Both the position numbers and the translations under genes were made by a program. The notes beneath the pieces are model-generated. The model did not search any database. It was not told where the DNA came from and saw nothing but the letters and a program-made list of their open reading frames with translations. A stretch of DNA of 55,396 nt from Victivallaceae bacterium (GTDB taxonomy: Bacteria; Verrucomicrobiota; Lentisphaeria; Victivallales; Victivallaceae): contig JAZOSO010000129.1 of NCBI GenBank assembly GCA_045657185.1, forward strand, positions 1 through 55,396. Direction: 5' to 3'. Positions 17,850 to 25,785 of the stretch are shown here, piece by piece (within the stretch, counting starts at the first letter, position 1; each line of letters begins with the position of its first letter).

Positions 17850-17892
17850 ACGGCTGCCGCAACTCAATGATTGCAGCAGCCGTTTTATTTTT
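17850..17892. terminator. bidirectional rho-independent terminator
   Basis: A 12-bp stem ACGGCTGCCGCA / TGCAGCAGCCGT (one mismatch) with a 10-nt loop, flanked by A7 upstream and TTTATTTTT downstream. It lies between convergent genes. Confidence 0.8.
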
Positions 17893-17945
17893 CTCTATTT
17901 TTCTGATATCAATTTATAACGAACTTTCAAAGCCTTATTTTTTAT

Positions 17946-18281
17946 TTACCTGACTATCTTGACACTGTTGAGCGTCCCGAAGTCATTGGGAGTAAAATTG
18001 GCGTTGTTATCATCAAGGCACCATTCGCCGTCAATAATAAATTTATACTCATAAACGCCCGGAGCAAGCATCAGATAACAGACATAAACGCCGTTACCGT
18101 CCTTATCCTGTAAATACTTGACATTCGGGTCCCATTCATTGAACGAACCGGCAATACTTACAGTCTTGCCAACACCTGCTGCGACTTCAAATTTCACACG
18201 CTTTTTAGTTGGCTGTTTTGCTTCGGCGGCATCGTCTGACTCACTTGTTATACCGAGAGCATTGAGATTTTTTTTGACCAT
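17946..18281 (-). CDS. stand-alone glycogen-binding domain protein (CBM48 / AMPK-beta GBD-like)
   Basis: 111 aa. VKFEVAAGVGKTVSIAGSFNEWDPN...DGNGVYVCYLMLAPGVYEYKFIIDGEW matches the CBM48 / early-set pattern (GSFN.W....M......G.W...L.L..G.Y.YKF.VDG.W). An AGGAG RBS is present. Confidence 0.8.
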   Translation of the reverse strand: MVKKNLNALGITSESDDAAEAKQPTKKRVKFEVAAGVGKTVSIAGSFNEWDPNVKYLQDKDGNGVYVCYLMLAPGVYEYKFIIDGEWCLDDNNANFTPNDFGTLNSVKIVR

Positions 18282-18319
18282 GACTTACTCCTGTTTTTTA
18301 TTTTTCCGGTATGGAGTAT

Positions 18320-18347
18320 AATATACACCGTTTTGTGAAAGTTTCAA
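18320..18347 (-). promoter_or_regulatory. sigma70-type promoter for the CBM48 gene
   Basis: On the minus strand: TTGAAA (18342-18347), a 16-nt spacer, then TATATT (18320-18325). Confidence 0.4.
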
Positions 18348-18363
18348 TTTTTTTCAGACTTTT

Positions 18364-20937
18364 TTATTCAATTTTAAAAACGATTTCTTTTTCCTTCTCA
18401 TCAATTGTCAGCGTCTGTCCGGCATGAAGCTGACCGCTGATAATCAGACGAGATACAGGAGTTTCAAGCATCTTGATAACAGTGCGTTTCAGAGGTCTGG
18501 CACCGAATGACGGATCATAACCGATATCAGCAAGACAACTCTTGGCATTATCCGTAACATGCAATGCTATCTCGTTATTATTAAGCAACTTGGCAAAATG
18601 GTTCAATTGAATATCAACGATATGCAAAATATCATCTTTGCTCAATGCATGAAATATCAATGTCTCATCCACGCGGTTAAGGAATTCAGGTCTGAAGTGA
18701 TGACGCAGTTCAGTCTGCAATTCCTCTCGCAGTTCTCCGGCATTGCCTTTGTTCTCCAGAATAAGACTGCTGCCGAGGTTGCTGGTCATTATGATAATAG
18801 TATTTTTGAAACTGACTGTACGCCCCTGTGAGTCGGTGACAATTCCGTCTTCCAACACCTGCAGCAGGATATTGAAAACGTCACTGTGAGCTTTCTCAAT
18901 TTCATCAAAAAGCACCACTGAATACGGATGACGGCGAACCGCTTCTGTCAGCTGACCGCCTTCTTCATAACCTACATATCCCGGAGGCGCACCGACAAGT
19001 CTTGAAACACTGAATTTTTCCATATATTCAGACATATCAATACGCACCATAGCGCGTTCATCGTCAAAAAGATTTTCAGCCAATGCTTTGGCAAGTTCAG
19101 TTTTGCCGACACCGGTCGGACCGAGAAAGATAAATGATGCAATCGGACGCTTGGGGTCTTTCAATCCTGCTCTGGCACGCAGAACTGCATCGGCAACCGC
19201 CTGAACAGCTTCATCCTGACCGATTACGCGGCAATGCAGATGTTCAGCAAGAGCGAGCAGCTTTTCCTTTTCACTCTGAATAAGTTTACTGACGGGAATA
19301 TGTGTCCAGCGGCTGACAATGGCGGCAATATCCTCTTCATCAACTTCTTCTTTGAGCAGACGGCCGTCCTGATCTTCCTTAATCTTGAGTTCTGCATCTG
19401 CGATTTGCTTTTCAAGTTTGGGAATAACTCCGTGTTTGAGTTCAGCTGAGCGTTCCAAATCATAACTGCGTTCAGCGCGTTCAAGCTGATTGCGGGCAGT
19501 GTCAAGAGTTTCACGCAGAGTGCGCAAATCAGTAATGGCTTTCTTTTCATTATCATAACGGCTGCGGAGAACTTTACCCTCGTCCTGCAAAGAAGCGACT
19601 TCAGCTTCAAGAGCCTCACGGCGTTTGATACTTGCGGCATCTTTTTCTTTTTTGAGACCGGCGATTTCAATTTGCAGCTGCATGACGCGGCGTTCATTCT
19701 CGTCAAGTTCAACAGGAGAACTTTCAATTTCAGTACGCAAAACAGCCGCTGCCTCGTCAAGCAAGTCAATCGCCTTGTCAGGCAGAAAACGATCAGAAAT
19801 ATACTTATCAGAAAGAACTGCCGCGGCAATCAATGCACCGTCACGGATTTTCACGCCGTGATGAATTTCATAGCGTTCTTTCAAACCGCGCAAAATGGAA
19901 ATAGTGTCTTCAACTGAAGGCGGATTGACCAACACCGACTGAAAACGGCGTTCCAATGCGGCATCTTTTTCAATATACTTGCGGTATTCGTCAAGCGTTG
20001 TTGCTCCGATGCAGTGAAGTTCACCGCGTGCAAGCATGGGCTTAAGCAGATTACCTGCATCCATTGACCCTTCAGACGCTCCCGCACCGACAACGGTATG
20101 CAATTCGTCAATAAACAAAATCACCTGACCGTCAGCGGAAGTAACCTCTTTCAAAACCGCTTTCAAACGCTCTTCAAATTCACCTCTGTACTTGGCACCG
20201 GCAATCAATGCCCCCATATCAAGAGCAAGAATACGGCGGTCCTTGAGAGATTCAGGGACATCACCGCGCACTACACGGCGGGCAAGACCTTCAACAATAG
20301 CAGTTTTACCGACGCCGGGTTCACCGATAAGAACGGGATTATTTTTGGTGCGGCGGGAAAGTATTTGAATGACACGGCGGATTTCGTCATCTCTGCCGAT
20401 AACAGGGTCAAGTTTATCCTGTCTGGCAAGCAAAGTCAAGTCTTTGGCATACTTATTCAACGCCTCAAAAGTATTTTCCGGGTCGGGATTATCAACACGC
20501 TGATTGCCGCGGACGCTCTGCAAAGCACTTAAAACTTTATCCGCAGAAATGCCGCTCTGTTTCAAAATTTCCGCCGCTTTGCCGCCGTTTTCCAGAATGG
20601 CAAGGAACAAATGTTCCACACTGACATAATCATCGTGCATGTCAGAGGCTTTTTTCATGGCAGACTGCAAAACCTGCGAAAAATCACGGGACTGATACAA
20701 ATCTGCCGCTCCCTGCACACGGGGAAGTTTACTGATTGCATCATCAACCGAATTGCGGAAAATGGATTTGGACAACCCCATTTTTTCTATGAGAGACGGG
20801 ATAAGACCGTCATTCTGATTTAAAAGAGCATTAAGCAAATGAAGTGATGTAATTTCAGCATTACCGTTTTGCTGTGCGCTCTGCTGAGCCATCATCAATG
20901 CTTCTTTGCTTTTGTTGGTAAACTTTTCGATATTCAT
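18364..20937 (-). CDS. clpB: ATP-dependent chaperone/disaggregase ClpB
   Basis: 857 aa with two AAA+ modules ([15 protein letters not shown] and [15 protein letters not shown]), a long coiled-coil middle domain and a Clp N-domain. Confidence 0.97.
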   Translation of the reverse strand: MNIEKFTNKSKEALMMAQQSAQQNGNAEITSLHLLNALLNQNDGLIPSLIEKMGLSKSIFRNSVDDAISKLPRVQGAADLYQSRDFSQVLQSAMKKASDMHDDYVSVEHLFLAILENGGKAAEILKQSGISADKVLSALQSVRGNQRVDNPDPENTFEALNKYAKDLTLLARQDKLDPVIGRDDEIRRVIQILSRRTKNNPVLIGEPGVGKTAIVEGLARRVVRGDVPESLKDRRILALDMGALIAGAKYRGEFEERLKAVLKEVTSADGQVILFIDELHTVVGAGASEGSMDAGNLLKPMLARGELHCIGATTLDEYRKYIEKDAALERRFQSVLVNPPSVEDTISILRGLKERYEIHHGVKIRDGALIAAAVLSDKYISDRFLPDKAIDLLDEAAAVLRTEIESSPVELDENERRVMQLQIEIAGLKKEKDAASIKRREALEAEVASLQDEGKVLRSRYDNEKKAITDLRTLRETLDTARNQLERAERSYDLERSAELKHGVIPKLEKQIADAELKIKEDQDGRLLKEEVDEEDIAAIVSRWTHIPVSKLIQSEKEKLLALAEHLHCRVIGQDEAVQAVADAVLRARAGLKDPKRPIASFIFLGPTGVGKTELAKALAENLFDDERAMVRIDMSEYMEKFSVSRLVGAPPGYVGYEEGGQLTEAVRRHPYSVVLFDEIEKAHSDVFNILLQVLEDGIVTDSQGRTVSFKNTIIIMTSNLGSSLILENKGNAGELREELQTELRHHFRPEFLNRVDETLIFHALSKDDILHIVDIQLNHFAKLLNNNEIALHVTDNAKSCLADIGYDPSFGARPLKRTVIKMLETPVSRLIISGQLHAGQTLTIDEKEKEIVFKIE

Positions 20938-20979
20938 AGTATAACCTCCGTAAGTTGATTTGTTTTTACACTTCTGTTA

Positions 20980-20994
20980 GCAAAAACCGTGCCA
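20980..20994 (-). promoter_or_regulatory. sigma54 (-24/-12) promoter element upstream of clpB
   Basis: The minus strand reads TGGCACGGTTTTTGCT, which is TGGCAC-N5-TTGC and matches the TGGCACG-N4-TTGCW consensus exactly. The GC of the -12 box is about 43 nt upstream of the clpB ATG, and a GGAGG RBS lies in between. Confidence 0.5.
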
Positions 20995-21168
20995 TAATTT
21001 AAAAACAAACCGTTTCAAATTCAAATCAGCTTGAAATTTTTCTGACAAATCAATAAAAAATATCTTTTTGCGACATTTTGTCATAGCACTGCGACAAAAT
21101 TGCGCATTTCTTTGCCGCACAACTGGAAAAAAAAAGCAGATATGCTATAATATAAAAGGAGGTATAAT

Positions 21169-22326
21169 ATGAATTTTTTAAACCGTCTCAAACGAAAAAT
21201 ATTTTCTGAACCTCTGCGGCTTTTCATACCGGAAAAAATTTATGCCGCAGTCGGCAAAGAATGTAACATATATTTTGACAACCTTATCACTGCCATTTCC
21301 CCGCAGGATTACTTTTTTGAAGTAAAATGCAAAATCGGACGACTTGAAAAACGCCGCTATACAGTAATTCCGCAAGCAGAAAATATCGGAGAACATCTTT
21401 TGTCAATAAAAATTTATGACAAATTCGGTATGGCAGGAGAAGTGCAGTCAAAGCTTATTGTCAGTCGGGAAATAAGCACGAAGCAAAATTTTTCGCTTCT
21501 CCTTATCGGCGACAGCCAGACTGCGGGCAAAGGCTATCCCGACCAACTCTATCTGCACCTTTCAAAGGAAGAAAATATTACATTCAATATGGTCGGATCA
21601 AACTCAAGCAATTACAGCACTCCCCTCCCCGGCGGAGTTGCGCATGAAGGTTTCGGCGGCTGGGGATGGAATACTTTTTTTACCAATTACAATGTAAATG
21701 CAAGTTCATCAAATGACGGACTTGACCCGTCCCGCCCGTGGCTCAGAGACAGCAGTTTTCTGTTTCCCGACGGAGACAGTTTCAAATTTGATTTTGAGCA
21801 GTATTGCCGGAAATACAATGCCTCAAAATATCCCGAATTTATTATAATTATGCTTGGCACAAACAATATTTTCTGCTGCAAATCCGACAGCGAAGTTGAT
21901 AAAGTATGGGAAACTGAAATTTATCCGTATATGAAAAAAATGATTGATTCTTTCAGAAAATGCAACCCGTCATGTCATATTGCTTTCAATACTCTTGTGC
22001 CGGGAGCATCTTCGCAGGATGCTTTCGGCAGATGCTACGGAGCAAACTACAATATACGCAGATGGCGGCTCAATCTGCATATTTATCATCAGCATTTGCA
22101 GCGTGCGGCAAAAAAAATGAATATTCCGTTAATTCCCGTTCACTGTGCTGTTGACTGCGTTTTCGGTTTCCCGCAGGAGGAAGAATTATTGAATGCCAAT
22201 TCAGACAAAAAGATTTACAGAACAGTCAATGCCGTTCACCCGAACCGCTCAGGATACAACCAGATTGCAGATGCCGTTTTTGCTTATTTAAAACACATTA
22301 TAAGTTCTGAACAGGTTATATCATGA
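21169..22326 (+). CDS. SGNH/GDSL-type hydrolase with an N-terminal Ig-like domain, leaderless paralogue
   Basis: 385 aa with an AAGGAGG RBS. SGNH blocks: LLLIGDSQTAG (I), GFGGWGW (II), IIMLGTNN (III) and NAVHPNRSGYNQIA (V). No signal peptide. Paralogous to the genes at 23359, 24572 and 25786. Confidence 0.88.
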   Translation: MNFLNRLKRKIFSEPLRLFIPEKIYAAVGKECNIYFDNLITAISPQDYFFEVKCKIGRLEKRRYTVIPQAENIGEHLLSIKIYDKFGMAGEVQSKLIVSREISTKQNFSLLLIGDSQTAGKGYPDQLYLHLSKEENITFNMVGSNSSNYSTPLPGGVAHEGFGGWGWNTFFTNYNVNASSSNDGLDPSRPWLRDSSFLFPDGDSFKFDFEQYCRKYNASKYPEFIIIMLGTNNIFCCKSDSEVDKVWETEIYPYMKKMIDSFRKCNPSCHIAFNTLVPGASSQDAFGRCYGANYNIRRWRLNLHIYHQHLQRAAKKMNIPLIPVHCAVDCVFGFPQEEELLNANSDKKIYRTVNAVHPNRSGYNQIADAVFAYLKHIISSEQVIS

Positions 22327-23315
22327 AAAAAATATTTACACTTTTGATTTTACTGTCCGTTTCGGCAGTCTATGCACTCAATTGTTCCGTCTGTGATAAA
22401 AAAATTAAAGGACGTTATCTCAAAAATCAGCAAAATACAGTTTTCTGCTCAAAAACTTGTTTTGCAAGTACGCAGCCCAAATGCACAAAATGCAATAAAC
22501 CGTGTATAAGAATTTACACTTTTATGAAACAAACATACTGTTCGGAAAATTGTGTCAATGCAGTCTCAAAATGTGCAAACTGCAATCAGCCTACTCCGCG
22601 CAGCTGCCGTGTCATTATAAATCCGGAAGGAAAACAAAAACTTTTTTGTCCCGCCTGTGCAGTCAAAAAGCCATGCTATTATTGCTCTTTCCCTATCAGA
22701 ACAACAAGGCTGCCCGACAACAGACATATCTGCAGTGAATGTAAAAAAACAGCGGTAACTTCATTCTCAATAATTCAACAGAAAGTAAAAAAAATACGAC
22801 AAAAATTAAGTCGGATGTACGGTTTTGACCCCAATCACCATATAGAATTGATTGTTCTCAATCTGACTGAACTGGAAAAAGAGTGTCAGGAAATATACAG
22901 CCCCGCCGGCGGCGGACGCATAGCTCTTATGCGGTTCAATTATGTAATCAATGAAAAAAAAGACTTCCGCGGCAGAAAAAAACGCAGTATGTCACAGCAG
23001 AAATGCCGCATATTCATACTCAACAATACACCCGAACATCTCCTCGAAGATGCAATCGCACACGAACTCGCTCACGACTATCTGCGCCACAACACAGGCA
23101 AATACAAAGACCTCGCAATTGAGGAAGGTTTCGCAGAAACTATCGCCGCCGAATATAATAAAGCCGTCAACCGCTCCCATATCAATAACAGAAAAAATAA
23201 TGAAAAAGACCCCGTTTACGGCGGAGGATATCGCAAAATGTCCGAATATATGCGAAAAAACGGTTTCAGAAAAACCGTTCAATTCATCAAAGCCAACTCC
23301 GTTCCGTATTTATAA
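22323..23315 (+). CDS. exported multi-zinc-finger (TRASH/FCS- and LIM-like) protein with a DA1-like HExxH metallopeptidase domain
   Basis: 330 aa. The ATG overlaps the upstream stop (ATGA). A Sec-type leader is followed by four CxxC...CxxC modules, then HELAH (23061-23075) and EEGFAE 16 residues later, as in DA1-like peptidases. Confidence 0.8.
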   Translation: MKKIFTLLILLSVSAVYALNCSVCDKKIKGRYLKNQQNTVFCSKTCFASTQPKCTKCNKPCIRIYTFMKQTYCSENCVNAVSKCANCNQPTPRSCRVIINPEGKQKLFCPACAVKKPCYYCSFPIRTTRLPDNRHICSECKKTAVTSFSIIQQKVKKIRQKLSRMYGFDPNHHIELIVLNLTELEKECQEIYSPAGGGRIALMRFNYVINEKKDFRGRKKRSMSQQKCRIFILNNTPEHLLEDAIAHELAHDYLRHNTGKYKDLAIEEGFAETIAAEYNKAVNRSHINNRKNNEKDPVYGGGYRKMSEYMRKNGFRKTVQFIKANSVPYL

Positions 23316-23321
23316 TAAACA

Positions 23322-23351
23322 GGCTGTGTTATAAAACTTTATAACACAGCC
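23322..23351. terminator. bidirectional hairpin terminator between convergent genes
   Basis: Perfect inverted repeat GGCTGTGTTATAAA / TTTATAACACAGCC (14-nt arms, tiny loop). Only modest T-runs flank it. Confidence 0.6.
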
Positions 23352-23358
23352 GACAAAA

Positions 23359-24528
23359 TTATTTACCGGAAAGGTATGCTTTAAGGAAACAATACAAAGT
23401 ATCGCCCATTTGGTTATATCCCGCGGGAGCAGGATGTACGCCGTTATTCTGACGCATAATTTTATGAGTATTTTTACCGTTGACGGGCTGAGACTGCAGC
23501 GGGTAATTATTTTCAGTATCAATATTGATATACATAGGAATTACACGCAATTTAAGTTCCTTGCCTTTTTTCAGCAATGCACGGTTGTAGAAATCAAGAT
23601 TTTTGCGATACTGATATGAGGTCTGACCGCAAGCATAACTTTTGCCGAATCCGTCCTGCTGTGCGCCGGGGATATGCTGGAAAATAAACAGTTCAGGTGC
23701 AGGTTTGAGTTTGCGGAATTCAGCAATAAGTTTTTCCATGTTTTCAAGTGATTGAGCTGTTCTTTCCGCAATATTTTCATCTGTGGCAAGAAAGAAATCA
23801 TTAAGTCCGAGCTGAAAAGTCACAATATCAGGTGTATTGCCTTTATTGTGCAGTTTGAAGTATTTCTCAAGGTCAAAAACACCTTTGTCGGGATTTGACG
23901 GGTCGGGAAAAATAAACGGACTGTTTTTGCCGATCGGACGGTCAGGATGCATTCCGTCGTTTTTGTTCTTGCCTCTGAAGCCCCAGCGGGTCAGAAATGA
24001 GTGCCACTTCCAGCCGCCGTAACCTTCATGCACGATGTTTTTCGGGATTTTCACGCCTTTGGGTTCATAGTGGTTTGTGCCGATGAGAGTGACTTCGGGA
24101 TTGTCTTCAGTATTAAAAAGTTCATACACCCGTGCAGGATAAATTGTCGCATTTGTCTGACTTGCTCCGACCATAAGCAGTGAAAGTTTTCTGCCTTTGC
24201 CGGCATCAGCAGGTACAACGATCAATTCAGACTCACCCTGTGCGACTACGCCGTTTTCATTGATTACACGGATTTGCCATTTGTAAGTGCCGACATCCTT
24301 TGCAGTCGGGGTGAAACGCCAGCGTTTGAGGTCATTACGCCCCTTTTTGCAATCAACGTCAAAAACATAATTTGCAGGATTTATTACCGTAACAATATTC
24401 TGAAAATATACATTCATCTCCACTCCCGGAACCGCATAAATCTTCTCCGGCAGCATAAGTTTGACATTCTCTGCAGCATAAATCATACTGCAAAACAGCA
24501 TACATAACAAAAAACTGATTTTTTTCAT
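23359..24528 (-). CDS. secreted Ig-like + SGNH hydrolase paralogue (block I GAS variant)
   Basis: 389 aa with a signal peptide (MKKISFLLCMLFCSMIYA). SGNH blocks: LLMVGASQTNA, GYGGWKW, QLGLNDFF and NGVHPAPAGYNQMG. Confidence 0.9.
   Translation of the reverse strand: MKKISFLLCMLFCSMIYAAENVKLMLPEKIYAVPGVEMNVYFQNIVTVINPANYVFDVDCKKGRNDLKRWRFTPTAKDVGTYKWQIRVINENGVVAQGESELIVVPADAGKGRKLSLLMVGASQTNATIYPARVYELFNTEDNPEVTLIGTNHYEPKGVKIPKNIVHEGYGGWKWHSFLTRWGFRGKNKNDGMHPDRPIGKNSPFIFPDPSNPDKGVFDLEKYFKLHNKGNTPDIVTFQLGLNDFFLATDENIAERTAQSLENMEKLIAEFRKLKPAPELFIFQHIPGAQQDGFGKSYACGQTSYQYRKNLDFYNRALLKKGKELKLRVIPMYINIDTENNYPLQSQPVNGKNTHKIMRQNNGVHPAPAGYNQMGDTLYCFLKAYLSGK
24308..24381. repeat. 74-nt near-identical tract shared with 25494..25567
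   Basis: Hand alignment gives 70 of 74 identical positions, while the flanking coding sequence is much more diverged. Confidence 0.85.
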
Positions 24529-24571
24529 TTTTTTACCTTTTATATTATAAAATTTTTATATACAATATAAA

Positions 24572-25753
24572 TTACTTTTCTGCAAGAATATTTTTAAGCC
24601 ATGCGTAATAGGTATCACCGGCCTGTCTGTAACCTGCAATATCTGCATGAACACCGTTACTCTGTCGGGCGATAATTGTAGAATTATTTGCATTTACAGC
24701 TTCTTTTTTAAACGGATAATTATTTTCCGAATCAATTCCGGCATAAGTCGGAATCAGGATGATTTTCGGGTCTTTATTTTTGAAATGCTTAATCATTGCG
24801 ACAGTCAGAGCAAAGCGGTTTTTATTTTTTCCCCATGAAGTCTGACCGCATTTGTAACTGTTGCCGAAAGCGTCCTGATTGGCACACGGCGGCGGCAGAC
24901 CGACACCGATAATCGCATTCGGAGCATCTTTGCGGAAAACAGCAAGGAGTTTATCGGCATTTTCAAGAATTTTTTTGATTTTTTCATCGCGGTTTGCATC
25001 CGTCAAATGAAAAGCATCATTACCTCCGAGCTGAACTGTAATAATATCAGGATTCGGGAATTTGTAAGTTTTAAGAAAATCCGTCAGACTTAAAGTAACT
25101 TTACCGTCTTTCATATACAAAAATTTGCTTTTGGTATATTTTCTGCCTTTTCTTGCGGGACCGTCCCAGCGGGTCAGGAAAGAATCCCATCTCCAGCCGC
25201 TGTAACCTTCAGTGCGGACTTCTTGGGGAATATTCGCGCCTTTGTATTCAAAGCGGCGTGTGCCGATCATGTTCAATTCGGGAGTGTTATCTTTTTTGCA
25301 AAGTTCATAAAGCCAGGCGGGATAAACAGTATGATTGGTATAACTGTCTCCGACCATGAGAATATTGATTTTTTTGTTTTTGCCTGCATCTGCAGGGGCG
25401 ACATAAATCGTGGTTGATGCTTCGGCGACAAGACCTGTTTCATCATAAACTTTTATTGAGAGCGGGAAAGTTTTGCCGCCGTCCTCAGCTTTAGGGGTGA
25501 AACGCCAGCGTTTAAGGTCATTACGCCCCCTTTTACAATCAACGTCAAAAACATAATTTGCATGATTGACAGCAAGGAAAATATTGCTGAAATAGATATT
25601 ACATTCAATACCGGGGGTGGCATAAATTTTTTCAAACAATACCAGTTTATCCTGTTTAGGCAATTTTTTAACAGCAGCTGAAGTACTGCAGCAGCCGAAT
25701 GTTGACAAAAACAAAACTGAAAATAAAAACAAAAATACTACTTTTTTTGACAT
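24572..25753 (-). CDS. secreted Ig-like + SGNH hydrolase paralogue
   Basis: 393 aa with a signal peptide. SGNH blocks: ILMVGDSYTNH, GYSGWRW, QLGGNDAF and NGVHADIAGYRQAG. Confidence 0.9.
   Translation of the reverse strand: MSKKVVFLFLFSVLFLSTFGCCSTSAAVKKLPKQDKLVLFEKIYATPGIECNIYFSNIFLAVNHANYVFDVDCKRGRNDLKRWRFTPKAEDGGKTFPLSIKVYDETGLVAEASTTIYVAPADAGKNKKINILMVGDSYTNHTVYPAWLYELCKKDNTPELNMIGTRRFEYKGANIPQEVRTEGYSGWRWDSFLTRWDGPARKGRKYTKSKFLYMKDGKVTLSLTDFLKTYKFPNPDIITVQLGGNDAFHLTDANRDEKIKKILENADKLLAVFRKDAPNAIIGVGLPPPCANQDAFGNSYKCGQTSWGKNKNRFALTVAMIKHFKNKDPKIILIPTYAGIDSENNYPFKKEAVNANNSTIIARQSNGVHADIAGYRQAGDTYYAWLKNILAEK
25494..25567. repeat. 74-nt near-identical tract shared with 24308..24381
   Basis: Partner of the repeat at 24308..24381. 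It encodes NYVFDVDCKxGRNDLKRWRFTP on the minus strand. Confidence 0.85.
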
Positions 25754-25785
25754 TTTATACCTTTTAAAATTTTATGTTCGTAATA

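Noticed and set aside
19224-19829. A 201-aa same-strand, out-of-frame ORF inside clpB.
   Set aside because: The ClpB frame is unambiguous across this region (the coiled-coil M-domain). The alternative frame has no support.
20976-20999. TTAGCA...TGCCATAA upstream of clpB, considered as a CIRCE (HrcA) operator.
   Set aside because: It does not form the TTAGCACTC-N9-GAGTGCTAA inverted repeat. The same bases are better explained as the reverse complement of a sigma54 -24/-12 element.
21143-21151. An extended -10-like TGCTATAAT just upstream of the leaderless SGNH gene.
   Set aside because: A transcript starting about 7 nt downstream would begin inside the AAGGAGG RBS (21156-21162), so it is unlikely to be the functional promoter. 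A weaker TTGAAA-17-TAAAAA at 21031-21059 is an alternative, but I cannot support it well.
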